DNA of 62,700 bases, filler included, from Collodictyon triciliatum (taxonomy: Eukaryota): NCBI GenBank assembly GCA_043381765.1. It is 7 parts of 7 records of this genome, joined end to end, with 100 filler letters (N's around TTAATTAATTAA, not from the genome) between each part and the next. Parts side by side here need not be neighbours in the genome. Positions count along the whole stretch, not along the records: positions 1 to 9,764 come from JBHJMP010002904.1; positions 9,865 to 16,953 come from JBHJMP010002906.1; positions 17,054 to 26,808 come from JBHJMP010002907.1; 4 more parts are not named here. One strand, written 5' to 3'. Of the stretch, positions 1 through 18,139 are shown piece after piece. The translations under genes and the position numbers were made by a program. Below the pieces are notes generated by a model, which saw only the letters and a program-made list of their open reading frames with translations, searched no databases and had not been told where the DNA came from. Each line of letters opens with the position of its first letter. Position 1 is the first letter of the stretch.

Positions 1-51
1 ATGATAATAATAATAATGATAATAATAATGATAATAATAATGATAATAATG

Positions 52-143
<92 letters not shown>
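1..143. repeat. (AAT)n microsatellite in an intron at the contig edge
   Basis: Direct inspection; followed by the acceptor aaaacag at 144-150. Confidence 0.95.
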
Positions 144-147
<4 letters not shown>

Positions 148-150
148 CAG

Positions 151-1034
151 GTTGAAGATAGGATGTCTCGGTCTGTTTGTGTCGGTTGGCCTCCTGTTTC
201 ACATTCTATCCTGCGTTTTGTACAACAATTACTGGCCGCTTCTGATCTGTGAGTTATCACCATCATCATCAAAATGTTTTTTTTATTTTTCCTTTCAATT
301 ATGTCCGCTTAAGATATATGTAATGCTAACTTCCAAAAAATATATATGCTTTTAGTTGTCTCATATGCGTTTACGCCTGTTCCGCTGCTTCTCCTTTCCA
401 AAAAGCAGAAGCACTACGCGTATTTGGGAGGAAGCGATGAGTATGACACAGCATAACGCCTATCCAATAATGAAGGATATGTTTTTACAAGAGAGAAATA
501 CTCTCCATATCATCAGTACGATTATATTAATGAATTGAGGATCAAATCAGTATCAAATTGATAACATCACGGTTTTGTAGTGACTTGGTAAGCGCACCAG
601 CTCTCTTTTTATCGTCATTCTTGTCATCCTCGATCTTAGGTTTGAGGAGTTTTTTTTATCTTAAGATCGCTTTAATCAAATCCACCATTCCATTAAACTG
701 TACCATGAAATGTTTTACTGGTATTCTGATGTTGCAAAATCTACAATAACAACAGGAATTCCTTCAGTTCTGCTTCATTTGAACATGGTAAGAACATTAC
801 AATTCTCACAGGCATCATAAATTTTATAGAATGAAAAAAACAGCATGTCAAAGACTGGCATCTTATTGAAGGACATTAGATAAAATCACTGGACTACCTA
901 ATCATAACACATTCCCCAAGATAACAAAAGATAGCTTCGGACTCAACTTTGCTGGAACTTTTGTCCTATGCTTGGCACTCGGATATTATGTTTGGCACGA
1001 CAAAGACAAACAGCAGACAGAGTTTATGATGTGA
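151..1034 (+). CDS. VPS55: Vps55 / LEPROT (OB-RGRP) family membrane protein, first exon missing
   Basis: Five GT-AG exons splice to LKIGCLGLFVSVGLLFHILSCVLYNNYWPLLI-FVSYAFTPVPLLLL..-ALFLSSFLSSSILG-IPSVLLHLNM-ITKDSFGLNFAGTFVLCLALGYY..FMM*. The LSC-LYNNYWPL / Y-xx-P-P / G-P-VL pattern is typical of Vps55. Stop TGA at 1032-1034. Confidence 0.85.
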
Positions 1035-1133
1035 AGATAGGAAAGGAGCGGAAATGAGAAAGGGATGGTGATTGGGCTTTTCATCAGAGGGGGAAAAAAA
1101 TGGAGCAAGGAAAGAGTCATATCAGCCTTCTTT

Positions 1134-1806
1134 TCAACTTTCTGAATTCTGCACAGCCTGCGCTGGTGTCATTTCCCCGCTCAGCATCTTTTGAAACGAT
1201 TCCATATATCTATTCCAAATCACCAAGGAGCTGTCCAACATCGTCTGTATCAATGGCTCCAGTTCTGTATGTTTGGTTACAGGAGAGGAAGACTCCAACA
1301 GAAACTCCCCGTCTCTCAAATCCAGACAGAAACCACGAGAAAGATGTATGCTGAAGTTTGCCCTGGCCATAAACTCTGCCACCTGTGATTGGATTCCCAT
1401 TTCGCGGATGAGTTTGTGTGAGCCTAACCAAATCCGCCTTTTTTTTTCTTTTCTTTTCTAATATTTTTTTCCTCTTTGATTGTGACCATGTGCTAATACC
1501 ATTATTCGATGAAACAGAGACAGACAGAGAGAAAAAAAGAAGAAAAAAAAAGAAAACCTCTGCGAATTTGCTCTGTGCGACGTTTTCTCTCAGGCGGATG
1601 CTGATATTCACGTAGCTCTCTTTCGGATGGACAATAAGAACAAAGTTGCCCGTGTCTGACTTGAACCCGGCACAAATCCTCTCCTGCAGCTTTTGGTAAT
1701 TTGTTCCTCGCTTCCGCATCACCTTCTCTGCCGCGCTGAGCATCGCTTCGACCAAACTGTCCGGAGTTTGCTGAAACTGATAATCTCCAAACGCCTGCGC
1801 AAACAT
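1134..1806 (-). CDS. YbjN-domain protein (type III chaperone-like fold), two exons, about 165 aa
   Basis: Exons 1806-1558 and 1382-1134 with a phase-0 GT-AG intron. The joined protein ..NVAQSKFAE|VAEFMARANFSIHLSRGFCLDLRDGE..LIQTMLDSSLVIWNRYMESFQKMLSGEMTPAQAV resembles bacterial YbjN (VAEFxxRAN..G.F.xDxxDGE..G..SPxxA). Confidence 0.7.
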
Positions 1807-2336
1807 CACCGCACACCTGCGACAAATTCAATATCAGCGCCACACATATGCGGGTGACTCGCGGAATACTCTGATCGTGGCGCTTGATCGATCTGATTCT
1901 GCGTGCGCGTTTGGGATGATGTTGTTTTCGTTCAGAGAAAGGCGGGTGTGGTGTGGCGTTCAGCGCTGTGCAATGGTGGGGGCTATGTTGACATCTGTGG
2001 TGGTTTCTTGGAACTTGTGGGAGCACTCGCCCGGGCCTTGTTATCAGCCAGCAAGTGCTCGACTCCAAATATTATGGCGTACATATGGTCTTGATCGCCA
2101 TACATCACCGACCTGTGCAGCCAGTGCCCCATTAGAGAGACGCCCCTTTTTTGTAAATAGTGGCTCTCTGAAAAGTTGATTTCCACATCTGTGGGGTGAA
2201 TTTCTAGGGATGGGCAGAATCACCGTACTATGGGTACGAAATGTCCACTTTGCTCATATAGAAATAGATTGGAATCTGAAACGGCATCATAAAATCTTTA
2301 TGTCCACCAAAGAAGCGTATTGACAATCAGCCCAAA

Positions 2337-5300
2337 TTAGTATGGCTCCGCGTAGTCAGGGTTGGGGAGCGATGCTTGTGCGTTGCAGCTGACGAGCGCG
2401 CGTACTCGGAGAGTGGGTTGGAACTTTGAAACGCCCTTTCCCCGAGCGGTGGTGCCCACAACAGAGTATCCTTCCTCTCGCTTGGACTTTCTGGTTGCGA
2501 TGGGATAAAGGTGGATGAGCAATATACTTTCTTGGGAGCAAATGCTGCGGGAAAAGAGAGCCCATTCCTCTATCGCTGTATTTCTCTTTGGTTTTTTCAC
2601 AGCCAAACTCACGCTAGCTTCAGTCTCGCGTCGTTTGCTTGTTTAGCGCGCTCCTTCGAGAGGGATTCCAACAAGGTTTCATAGTCTTCAAGGCTTGTGT
2701 ATTCAATGCAGTATTGATTGTCGAGAACAGATACCTGCGGTTGGCAAAATCGTCGTAAAAAAGAAGAGAAAGTTGCCTTCACCAGCAGTAGAATATGAAA
2801 TGAAATGTTGAGATGTTGCGATATTATGTTTTTACCGATGGGTCCAGAAAATCGTCCAGGGGAATGTGCGCCCAACCGATTTCAGTGACAGAAACTAAAT
2901 CCTCACCTATTCGTTTGTTTAGGACATGCCAAACACACACAACGCACTATCAGTAATACTGAATTTCGTTTCCCGGCAAACACTAAATACATGTCATAAT
3001 GCCTTGTAATTTTTTTTTTTAATAAAAGCAATAATTAAATATAATCAATCATGGATTCTGGGAATATTAGAGTGTGCACCAGTTTCTGGTTGAATCGGGC
3101 TTGGGCTTTGAGGTGGCTCTTCTGTATCAATCTTCACTTTCACCTCCTTCTTGACTCCCACCTGATGGCCAAATTAATAAAAGAAGCACATACACAAATT
3201 ATGAGACGGAATGGAGTAGCGAATCAGGAATTATGAAAGCCCAGCATTTTCCATCATGTTATAAATCCTGCCTTCATATCTTTCCCTTTTTCTGCCTTTT
3301 CTTTTTCCTTACTGGACACAGCTGCCTTGGGATTAGGAGGTTGTTTGTCTTCTCCCTAAAATGAAAAGATACATATTATTTAGGTGCTAAAAGAGAAAAA
3401 GAGAAAAAGAGAAAAAGAGAAAAAGAGAAAAAGAGAAAAAGAGAAAAGCACGCAACAATCTTACCTTGGAAGAAGGCTTTGCAGACTTATCGCCGGGTTT
3501 CTTATCCTTCTTTGATGTTGAGGATACCGGTCGCTGGATCATTAGCGTTTCAAACAGCTTGATACGTATGCCACCTGATTAAATTGAGGCTTTTTTAATC
3601 GGTCTCTATACATATTTATGCATAAGTGCCATTCATGAATCAAAGATGTGGTTCAAAAATAGATACTCTTCAATCCGTCGGTGAGTGTTTTGTCGATCGG
3701 AATTTGATATGTGTGTCTAAAATCTAGATTCAATTTATCAGAGGAAAATTGTTTCGCCGGCGTCTTCTGGACAGGATTCCCTGGTGAAAATAAAAAAATA
3801 TCAGAAAAGTGAAACGTAATCTACGAATCAACTCAATAAACGCATATATATCCAGCCTTAAGAAAAACGAAATCTTTACATGAAAAGAAAAATAAATAAA
3901 AATATGCAAGTAAAATTTTCAAGTAAAAGAACGCGACAGATATCATCGTATATTACCTGATAGGGAGATTTCGCTGTGGATCATAAAAACCCTCGACTCA
4001 TTCGGGTCCTCAACCGTCACACCTGGGTGAACAATGACAGAGGGCTTTGAAGGTGCTTTTGGCTCCCGTAACTTTCTCGCATGCAACACCTCCACTGTCA
4101 GATGAATCACTGCGAAGAAATAAGCGTAACAAACTCAATAGGTGTAAAGACATACAGTCGAACCATTCTGAAGTACGACACGTGTGTCAATAAAAAAACA
4201 TCGATTGAGAAAGGACGCTCCGTATGTTACATAAAATTGCCTCGAATTAAAAAGTTTCATAAGAAAACAAGAGAAAACAAGAGAAAACAAGAGAAAACAA
4301 GAGAAAACAAGAGAAAACAAGAGAAAACAAGAGAAAACAAGAGAAAACAAGAGAAAACAAAATAGAAGGTAATATTCCAACTTCTGGTCAACTCTTTGTT
4401 TCGCTCCCCAGAGAACTTATCACGCTCCTTCTCTGTCACACCAACTTCGTCTAGTACGCTAATCCAAGGTATAGAATCTATGGTAAACCCGCGGTACTCT
4501 GGTGCAAAGGAACATGGATTTCCCTGTACATCAACGTCAATGTGAGGGGATGTCAGAGGAATGAGAGCATATTTGATAAGAAATGTTGATGAGAGTCACA
4601 ATAAGAGCCAAATGTCGGAGTCTTGTTATCGAGCTGATGGCATCAAGAGCTGCCTAATGGCGATGATGATGATGATGATGATTTTTTCAGTTGAAGATGT
4701 TTGAGGTGATGTCATGCATCTTTATTGTTGAGATTGTGGCAGCAAAGAACGAAAAGCACATGAAAAAAAATGATAAATATCTATGCTTCATGCATATCTA
4801 GTGAGAGCTATATCAAAGAACTCACCTGAAGGTCGTCGATTTCATTGTAGCTCAAATCTAGGGACATTAATGTTCGCAACCGATCTCCAAGAGATATCGG
4901 AAGCGTTTGAATGCGATTGAACCCTATTCCCAAATGTACCAGTTTCGGGAGTGAAGACAAATCAGGAACTTGGGAAAGCCTTAGACATGATATTTAAATT
5001 GCCTGAGTAAGCTTGCTGTTTACACCAATGTAGTTATATGTAAGAGAACGATTATTTCACTTATGGGGTGTTTTAGAATTTCGAGACATAGCGATGGATA
5101 TAATGGAGTATATTGCCTATCTACAAGAAACATAATTTATATTCGTAAAATTTACATATTTCCGTAAATATTGAAGATTTCGACCGAGACAGGTAAATGA
5201 TTGGCATCGATGTGCTTAAGAGCATTCATATTTAGACATAATTCAGTCAAGTTAGAAAACTCCCTAGACGCTACATCGATGTGACCGATATGACTTTCAA

Positions 5301-6571
5301 CTAGCCTTTGTTCCCAATATGTTATGCGATGCGGTTAATAAAATGCTTTCATGATTATTGGATTTTTTTATTTTCGTTATTTAAGGGAAAAAAAAAGGAA
5401 ATTAATGGAGCATGATTGGCAATATTTTTTTTAATCAGACCCACCGTAGCGTTTTGAAATAAGCAAAAAACATTTTTGAGGATGGCAGAGGAAGTCCTGT
5501 TGAGCGCTTCTGCTCAATCATTTGTAAAAAAGAATCTGCCTCTTGTGACCATTTTGGTTGTTCTTTGAGATAAGGCGTAGAATAAGAGAATATCAGCCAT
5601 TAAAAACAACATCGATCCAAATATGTTAATTTTTATTTTTAAAAAATATAATTGAAATTAAGATAGAAAATGCACCAGGGATTTCATATTGTATCACATC
5701 ATTCACTTCTGCAGCCAAATCCTCATCATTTGGCCGAAGTCGGATTGGACCGAAGGTCTGTGTGCCTACATATTTTTTTTTTTGTTTGTTTGCTAAGATT
5801 AATAGGCCAGCCGAATACCTTTAATAAAAAAATTGCGTCGCTTTAGTATGAATAATAATAAATCATTACATTATATTATCCAAATACATATTGATAAACA
5901 ACCATTAACTGAATGTACATAAAACAAGTCATACATCACAGACAACTCGCATCATACAAACCAATTCTTTTGGTGGAGTTCAGCGGACGATCAGACTTTG
6001 CTACGACTTTTGAGGATGGGACAGGGCGGGCCCCACCCGACCGAAGGATAGAGTTTCCATGAGTACGGGGATTCTGTTTTTCATACCATATGATCGAGAC
6101 AATAACATAAGTTGGTATTCGAGAGTTATGAATAACGACCCAAGTATTAAGAAAATAATAATAATGGATAGAGTCCGTTTTGAAAAGCATGTTATGACAT
6201 AATTTTCAACTTCCTCCTTTTCCTATTTGTCCCGTTTGGATGAAGCACAACCAAGAAGCATACGAAATGCGGCTGTCTCTATTCTACATCACTTTATCTT
6301 CTCCTTTTTCTTTTTCATAAAAATAAGGAAATATTACGGAGAGCTGATCCAAGGGTATCGAAGCCCACTCACTCAGGACAGACCGGAACGCATCCGTGAG
6401 AGACTGAACAGCGTCCGGCGCCGCAAAGTCGCTTTGAAAGGCCGCAGGCTGAGTGTTGAGAACAGCGTTGACTTCGCCTTCGGCCGTGGTTGTGTTTGTG
6501 TTTGTGTTTGTGTGAAGCGCCGTCGAAGCAGCCGTGGTGGCGGTGGTGTTTGTGTTGGCCAGCGAGTCCAT
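2337..6571 (-). CDS. LRRC43: Leucine-rich repeat protein, LRRC43-like (cilia-associated), multi-exon
   Basis: Spliced exons give FFAYFKTLR-LVESHIGHIDVASREFSNLTELCLNMNALKHIDANHLPVSVEIFNIYGN-..LVHLGIGFNRI..LMSLDLSYNEIDDLQ-..LRHLALI-GNPCSFAPEYRGFTIDSIPWISVLDEVGV, collinear with LRRC43 as I recall it. C-terminal exons (IGWAHIPLDDFLD, KFQPTLRVRALVSCN) end at 2337. The 5' exon structure is uncertain. Confidence 0.75.
4261..4360. repeat. (AAGAGAAAAC)n 10-bp minisatellite, intronic
   Basis: About 10 tandem copies inside an LRRC43 intron. Confidence 0.95.
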
Positions 6572-7250
6572 AACGGCCCGGTTTTCCTCCGGTGCGTTTC
6601 GGTCTTGTGTTTTCTACTTGAACGGAAAGGATTTCCTCGCGCTGCTTCTGCCTTTTTTTTTTTTCTTTCGTCTTTCCTTCTGGATTTTAGTTTCGCGCAA
6701 GGCGAGGAAGTAGAAAGTGTAAAAAGCGGAAACAAAAGAAAAAACGGGCTATATTTGTGGAATTTATAATAAAGCATAAATAATTTCTTCAAAATATCTA
6801 TGTTTAGGTACAAGACAAGTACACTTTGCGCATTTAACAATCAATCTACTCTTAAATTGCCATCTTGTCAACCAGGTCAAGAATTCTTGTCTTCAACCTG
6901 TGTATCGCAGTTGTCATTCACCTCGCAAACACCTGCTTCGGGTTGTGAATCTGCGCCGGGTGATTCGGGATGGTCAATCCACTCGAGAGGACGATGGGGA
7001 AGCATTCTTGGGAAAAAGGACGGCCACAATGATGCGGTATAAATCATATTGTTGCATCGATGATGGCGAAAGGCATTTGGGTAATGCCGTTTTGTGTTTT
7101 CATGAGACACCCACCAGGTACTCTGTTGGATTCATTCAATGAGTCTTTATTACATGCTGATTAGATTATTTTTCTGATTCCGTTTATTCCATGACTTCTT
7201 TCCAATACGATATCAACGATATGATGATTTCGGCAAAATTGAGCCGTGTA

Positions 7251-9440
7251 TCAAGACCAAAGATCGTCGTCTGCAGGGGATGGGGCTGGAGGAGGCTTAC
7301 TTGTCACCCGCGACGCTGTTCTGTTCTGTGCCTCGCCGTGGCCAATCAGCAAGGTAGGACCAGAGACTGACGCCACCAGCAGGTTTTGTGTTGTGCTAGG
7401 CGGGAGAAAAAGATCTTGCCTTTGGTCCCGGTAGCTTGCCCATGAAAGATATGCATCCAATTGCCGAGAGATGGATTCCCCATGCGCCTGGGCAGTGCGA
7501 TTTAGATTCATGTTTGTTCCGTTTTCATGTGAGGTTGTGATACGTATATAACTGACAGCATTACGACTATTTCCTATCTTCTCTTCATTTTTTTTTCGAA
7601 AAAAAATTATGAAATTACGCGGTCATATGTCATCGATTTTAGGGTATTAACGCAAAGTGCTTTGATTGTCGACCCGTTTGGTGCACTCGATGATGTTGAA
7701 TCCACGATACCCATTAAAAATTTTGGAAGCTCTACTTTTTGAGCCTTGAAGGTTTAATTTTGTTACGTTATGCAAAGGTAAATAAATGAATAATGAAGCA
7801 TTATTTCCTTCTTTTTTTTAACGGACATAATCATTCTCCTCCGTATGAATGTAATGCTGATACGCTCATAATTGCTTTACCGACCTGGGGTATCAAAGAC
7901 CCTTTCTCTCCTTTGTATTTACTGAACACCTTATAATTGAATTCGCAGAGGTAAGTCATCGCCTCTGGTGTCTTCGACATGGCTATTATTATACTATTCA
8001 TCCATTCGAACGACGGCTAAATATATCATATAAAAATGAATAACGAATAAGGGTGCAAAATATGTACAAAATATGCATGATAGAGCTTGACATGAGAATA
8101 AAAATAGCATAGGTTATGGCGAATATAAAATGATACTAGTATGTCGATGCATGATTGGCTATCGGTGAGAGATAACAAAACAAGAGATGCACTTTTCCGA
8201 ACAATCGGATTGGCATGCTCCAGCAAAGGGAATATTTTATTCAAATGGCCAGTTGATGCTATGGCATCCCCCGTGGTTGGCTAATATTATGGAGATTCTC
8301 AGAGTTTTTTTTAAAACCATGAATTACTGATAAAGGGAATGTATTCATAAAGAAAGAATTACTTGATAGCGGGATAATGCGACGCATGAAAGGGCTATCA
8401 TTTCCAGTTTGTCATCTACTTTCCCTTTTGATGTATCCACAAAAATTCTTTCCACCATATCTATTAGAAACTGTCTAGGATTTCTCACAGGCCAGCTTGG
8501 TTGTCGAAGATACAACTTTAAGTAGACCCCACCGATGCACATTTCATTCTAAGGAACACATAATCGATATTAGAAAAAAAAGAGAATTAAATCGTATTTA
8601 TCAATTTATCAGGGATAGAAGATTCAAAGGAATTTTAATCAAAACCGGTCCGTCATCATAGATATTTGTCATATTTTCAGAAATCGACCAGGAGATAGTC
8701 CTAATTATACAGTTTTACATAAAAATAATTTCAATTTAAAATACAAAAGATTGGACAAATGTTGGATGTATTCACCTGTCTTGTTCTTTTCGAGTGTAAA
8801 AATCGGAGGTCAAAGTGGCAATTTTCTCCTGCACTTTAGAACGTGTACGGGTTGTCCATACCAGCTCAGGTGTTTCGTGCTCATTATCACACATGTAGAC
8901 GGAACCATTTGGGTCTTCTTTCATGACAACAAGAAAGCTAGGCGGCAAAAACTTGTATTTTTTTTAGTTATGAGAAGGGAGAAAGAAAAAACAAAGGAAT
9001 TGGGTTGCTTTTTTTTTTCTTTGCTGATACGATAGAAAGCATTATATAATCGTGAAATCACACATATTTCCAGTTTGTATGGAGACAGTACATATGACAA
9101 TACAAAGGTCTACAGATGATAGACGACTTACATATGCAAGGAATATTGCGATTTTTTGCCCATATATCTTATCCATGGAAAGTTTTGCGACAACCGATGC
9201 AGCTGCAGAGCGTTGCTTGAATTCATTCGATCTGTAGTAAATGTCCAGCAAATACGGAATTCCTCCGTGTATACATATTTCGCTGACAATCTTGGAATTC
9301 GACGTCAGTTTCTGTAGGATTTGTAGTGGCACCTCCCTGAGCTTCTCCATACGCACTAGTATCGGAAGTATCTGTACCACAGCACCGGATTCCTGCAGAC
9401 TGGCCATACACCCTGTGCTTGATGCCAGGATTCCAATGAC
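7251..9440 (-). CDS. DNAJC13: RME-8 / DNAJC13 (GRV2) C-terminal part, 5' truncated by the contig end
   Basis: Exons encode HGGIPYLLDIY, AKLSMDKIYGQKIAIFL, DNEHETPELVWT, CIGGVYLKLYLRQPSWPVRNPRQFL and WASYRDQRQDLFLP, all characteristic RME-8 C-terminal motifs. Stop TGA at 7251. Confidence 0.9.
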
Positions 9441-9589
9441 CTTTTTGAAAATAGAACTAATTAACAAGATTTAAATCTATGAAATAATGCCATAAATATA
9501 TACCACTTACAAATGCTAAATTAGAATGAAAAATAAAATGGTAAATAAAAATGAATCAAGAACAAAAATAATAAAATTGTAGAAAAATA

Positions 9590-9764
9590 AAATAATAATA
9601 ATAAATAATAATAATAAATAATAATAATAATAAATAATAATAATAATAAATAATAATAATAAATAATAATAATAATAAATAATAATAATAAATAATAATA
9701 ATAAATAATAATAATAAATAATAATAATAAATAATAATAATAAATAATAATAATAAATAATAAT
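9590..9764. repeat. (AATAATAATA)n simple repeat at the contig end
   Basis: Direct inspection. Confidence 0.9.
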
Positions 9765-9864
9765 NNNNNNNNNNNNNNNNNNNNNNNNNNNNNNNNNNNN
9801 NNNNNNNNTTAATTAATTAANNNNNNNNNNNNNNNNNNNNNNNNNNNNNNNNNNNNNNNNNNNN
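9765..9864. other. Artificial contig spacer N-TTAATTAATTAA-N (also at about 16954, 26809, 36736, 46576 and 56406)
   Basis: The same 100-nt linker with stops in all six frames occurs six times. Confidence 0.97.
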
Positions 9865-10137
9865 AAAAAAAAAGAAAAAAAAAGAAAAAAAGAAAAAAAG
9901 AAAAAAAAGAAAAAAAAAGAAAAAAGAAAAAAAAAAAGAAAAAAGAAAAAAAAGAAAAAAAAGAAAAAAAAGAAAAAAAATCAAGATTGACCAGCCCCAG
10001 CTCAAACCAAAAACAATAGAATCGGAACAATTAAAAAGAGGCATGTGTTTCAGGAATTAAAGTGAATTTCTTCATTTATTTGCCATACTTTGCTTTGTTC
10101 TCATCAGAGAGTGTTCCCACAAACAGTCTCGTGCGCC

Positions 10138-16787
<6,650 letters not shown>

Positions 16788-16854
16788 CTGAGAAGAAAAT
16801 GTGAATAGTTCAGTCATTCATGCCGATGGATTGTTTCACAAAAACATAATTTAC

Positions 16855-16953
16855 AAAAATGAATAAAAATGAATAAAAATGAATAAAAATGAATAAAAAT
16901 GAATAAAAATGAATAAAAATGAATAAAAATGAATAAAAATGAATAAAAATGAA
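16855..16953. repeat. (AAAAATGAAT)n repeat at the contig end
   Basis: Direct inspection. Confidence 0.9.
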
Positions 16954-17392
16954 NNNNNNNNNNNNNNNNNNNNNNNNNNNNNNNNNNNNNNNNNNNNTTA
17001 ATTAATTAANNNNNNNNNNNNNNNNNNNNNNNNNNNNNNNNNNNNNNNNNNNNTTGTCTTCCATGGAAAAACACCCAATGCGTACTCTTTGGAAGAGAAA
17101 TACTGCATTCATCAATTCTTTGTGTGATTGGGAGAAAAAACGCGAGGGGAATTCCGGCGGAACAAGAGCCCAAATCCGGGTTCAAAAAATGCATTTTGGA
17201 AACGCGTCTTTTCTCTTCCAAAAAGGTGCAGCGAATTTTTATGCGTGTTGGAGTACCAAAGATTAGCTATTTCTGAAAAATGTCATTGATTTGTAAGTCA
17301 ATTTGGAATTTTATGGCAATTTTTGGATTGGAAAATAATCGGGTTGATTTCTCGGAATTGCAAAAAACAGAGAGCCTCATGCTCTATCTATT

Positions 17393-17451
17393 AATGGAAA
17401 ATAAAAGATTTTTTCAGATGACCCCGAAGGGTCCAATGGAAAATAAAAGAT
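17393..17451 (-). mobile_element. 25-nt retroposed tip (UUCG hairpin + A tail) with a 17-bp direct repeat
   Basis: aatggaaaataaaagat at 17393-17409 and 17435-17451. The insert reads ggacccttcggggtcatctgaaaaa on the minus strand. Confidence 0.6.
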
Positions 17452-17497
17452 AAATGAATAATTAGATACATATGTCTGATTAAAATTCATGCATAAT

Positions 17498-18139
17498 TTT
17501 ATGGTGCGCGTGTAGTCCATGCAGCAACGACCTCTCCAGAATGCACCATGTGCCATAGTGGAGATGACTCTACCGAACACACATTTGTGAAGTGCTCCCT
17601 TGCTCAAAAAGTGACAGAGTCTACCCACAAGATGCTCTCTGGGCTTGATTATGCTCCCAGCCGTCTCAGCGCGTCTGACATTCTGTTTGGCCCACAATAC
17701 CAAATGACCCACGACTCTAGAATACTCTGGATAGTCACAAGGGGACATATGCTGTAGTTTTTATGGAGTGTGCGTGCATTCTCTCGCTCCAATGATTCGC
17801 CCGAACGAGAAATCAATGTATCCAGGCTGGAAAGCCTCGTGCAATACAGCTTCCTGAACAGCCTGCTGAAACACGCACGCATTCTTCGCTACTCCGACCG
17901 CAAGCGAAGAGAGATGTGGGAATGTGTCGTAAGATATCTCCCACAGCATATCCAACCCCTGCTATCCACGCAGCCAATCAAGCAGATGGGTCGCCCACCT
18001 GACCAACTCGCTATCACTGATTTCTTCCCAGTGCTAGCCTCTTCACAGTAGTCTTCTTGCGTTTGCTCTCTCCCATGTGCACCTATCTCGCCCCTTTGTA
18101 TGGCATAACTTCGCTACACTTTGAATCGAATAAAAAAAA
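17498..18139 (+). mobile_element. 5'-truncated non-LTR retrotransposon (L1/Tx1-like ORF2 C-terminus, one in-frame stop) with 3' UTR and A tail
   Basis: CCHC zinc knuckle CTMCHSGDDSTEHTFVKC, then ILFG..LW..LW..R. In-frame TAG at 17755, ORF end at 18051, element ends gaatcgaataaaaaaaa. Confidence 0.85.

Noticed and set aside
6877-7110. 77-aa ORF with SLWPSFFPR, faintly like the APC15 N-terminus
   Set aside because: The similarity is too short, and I found no supporting exon structure.
9765-9864. Recurrent TTAATTAATTAA palindrome between N runs
   Set aside because: Artificial contig linker. No gene-neighbourhood inference was made across it.
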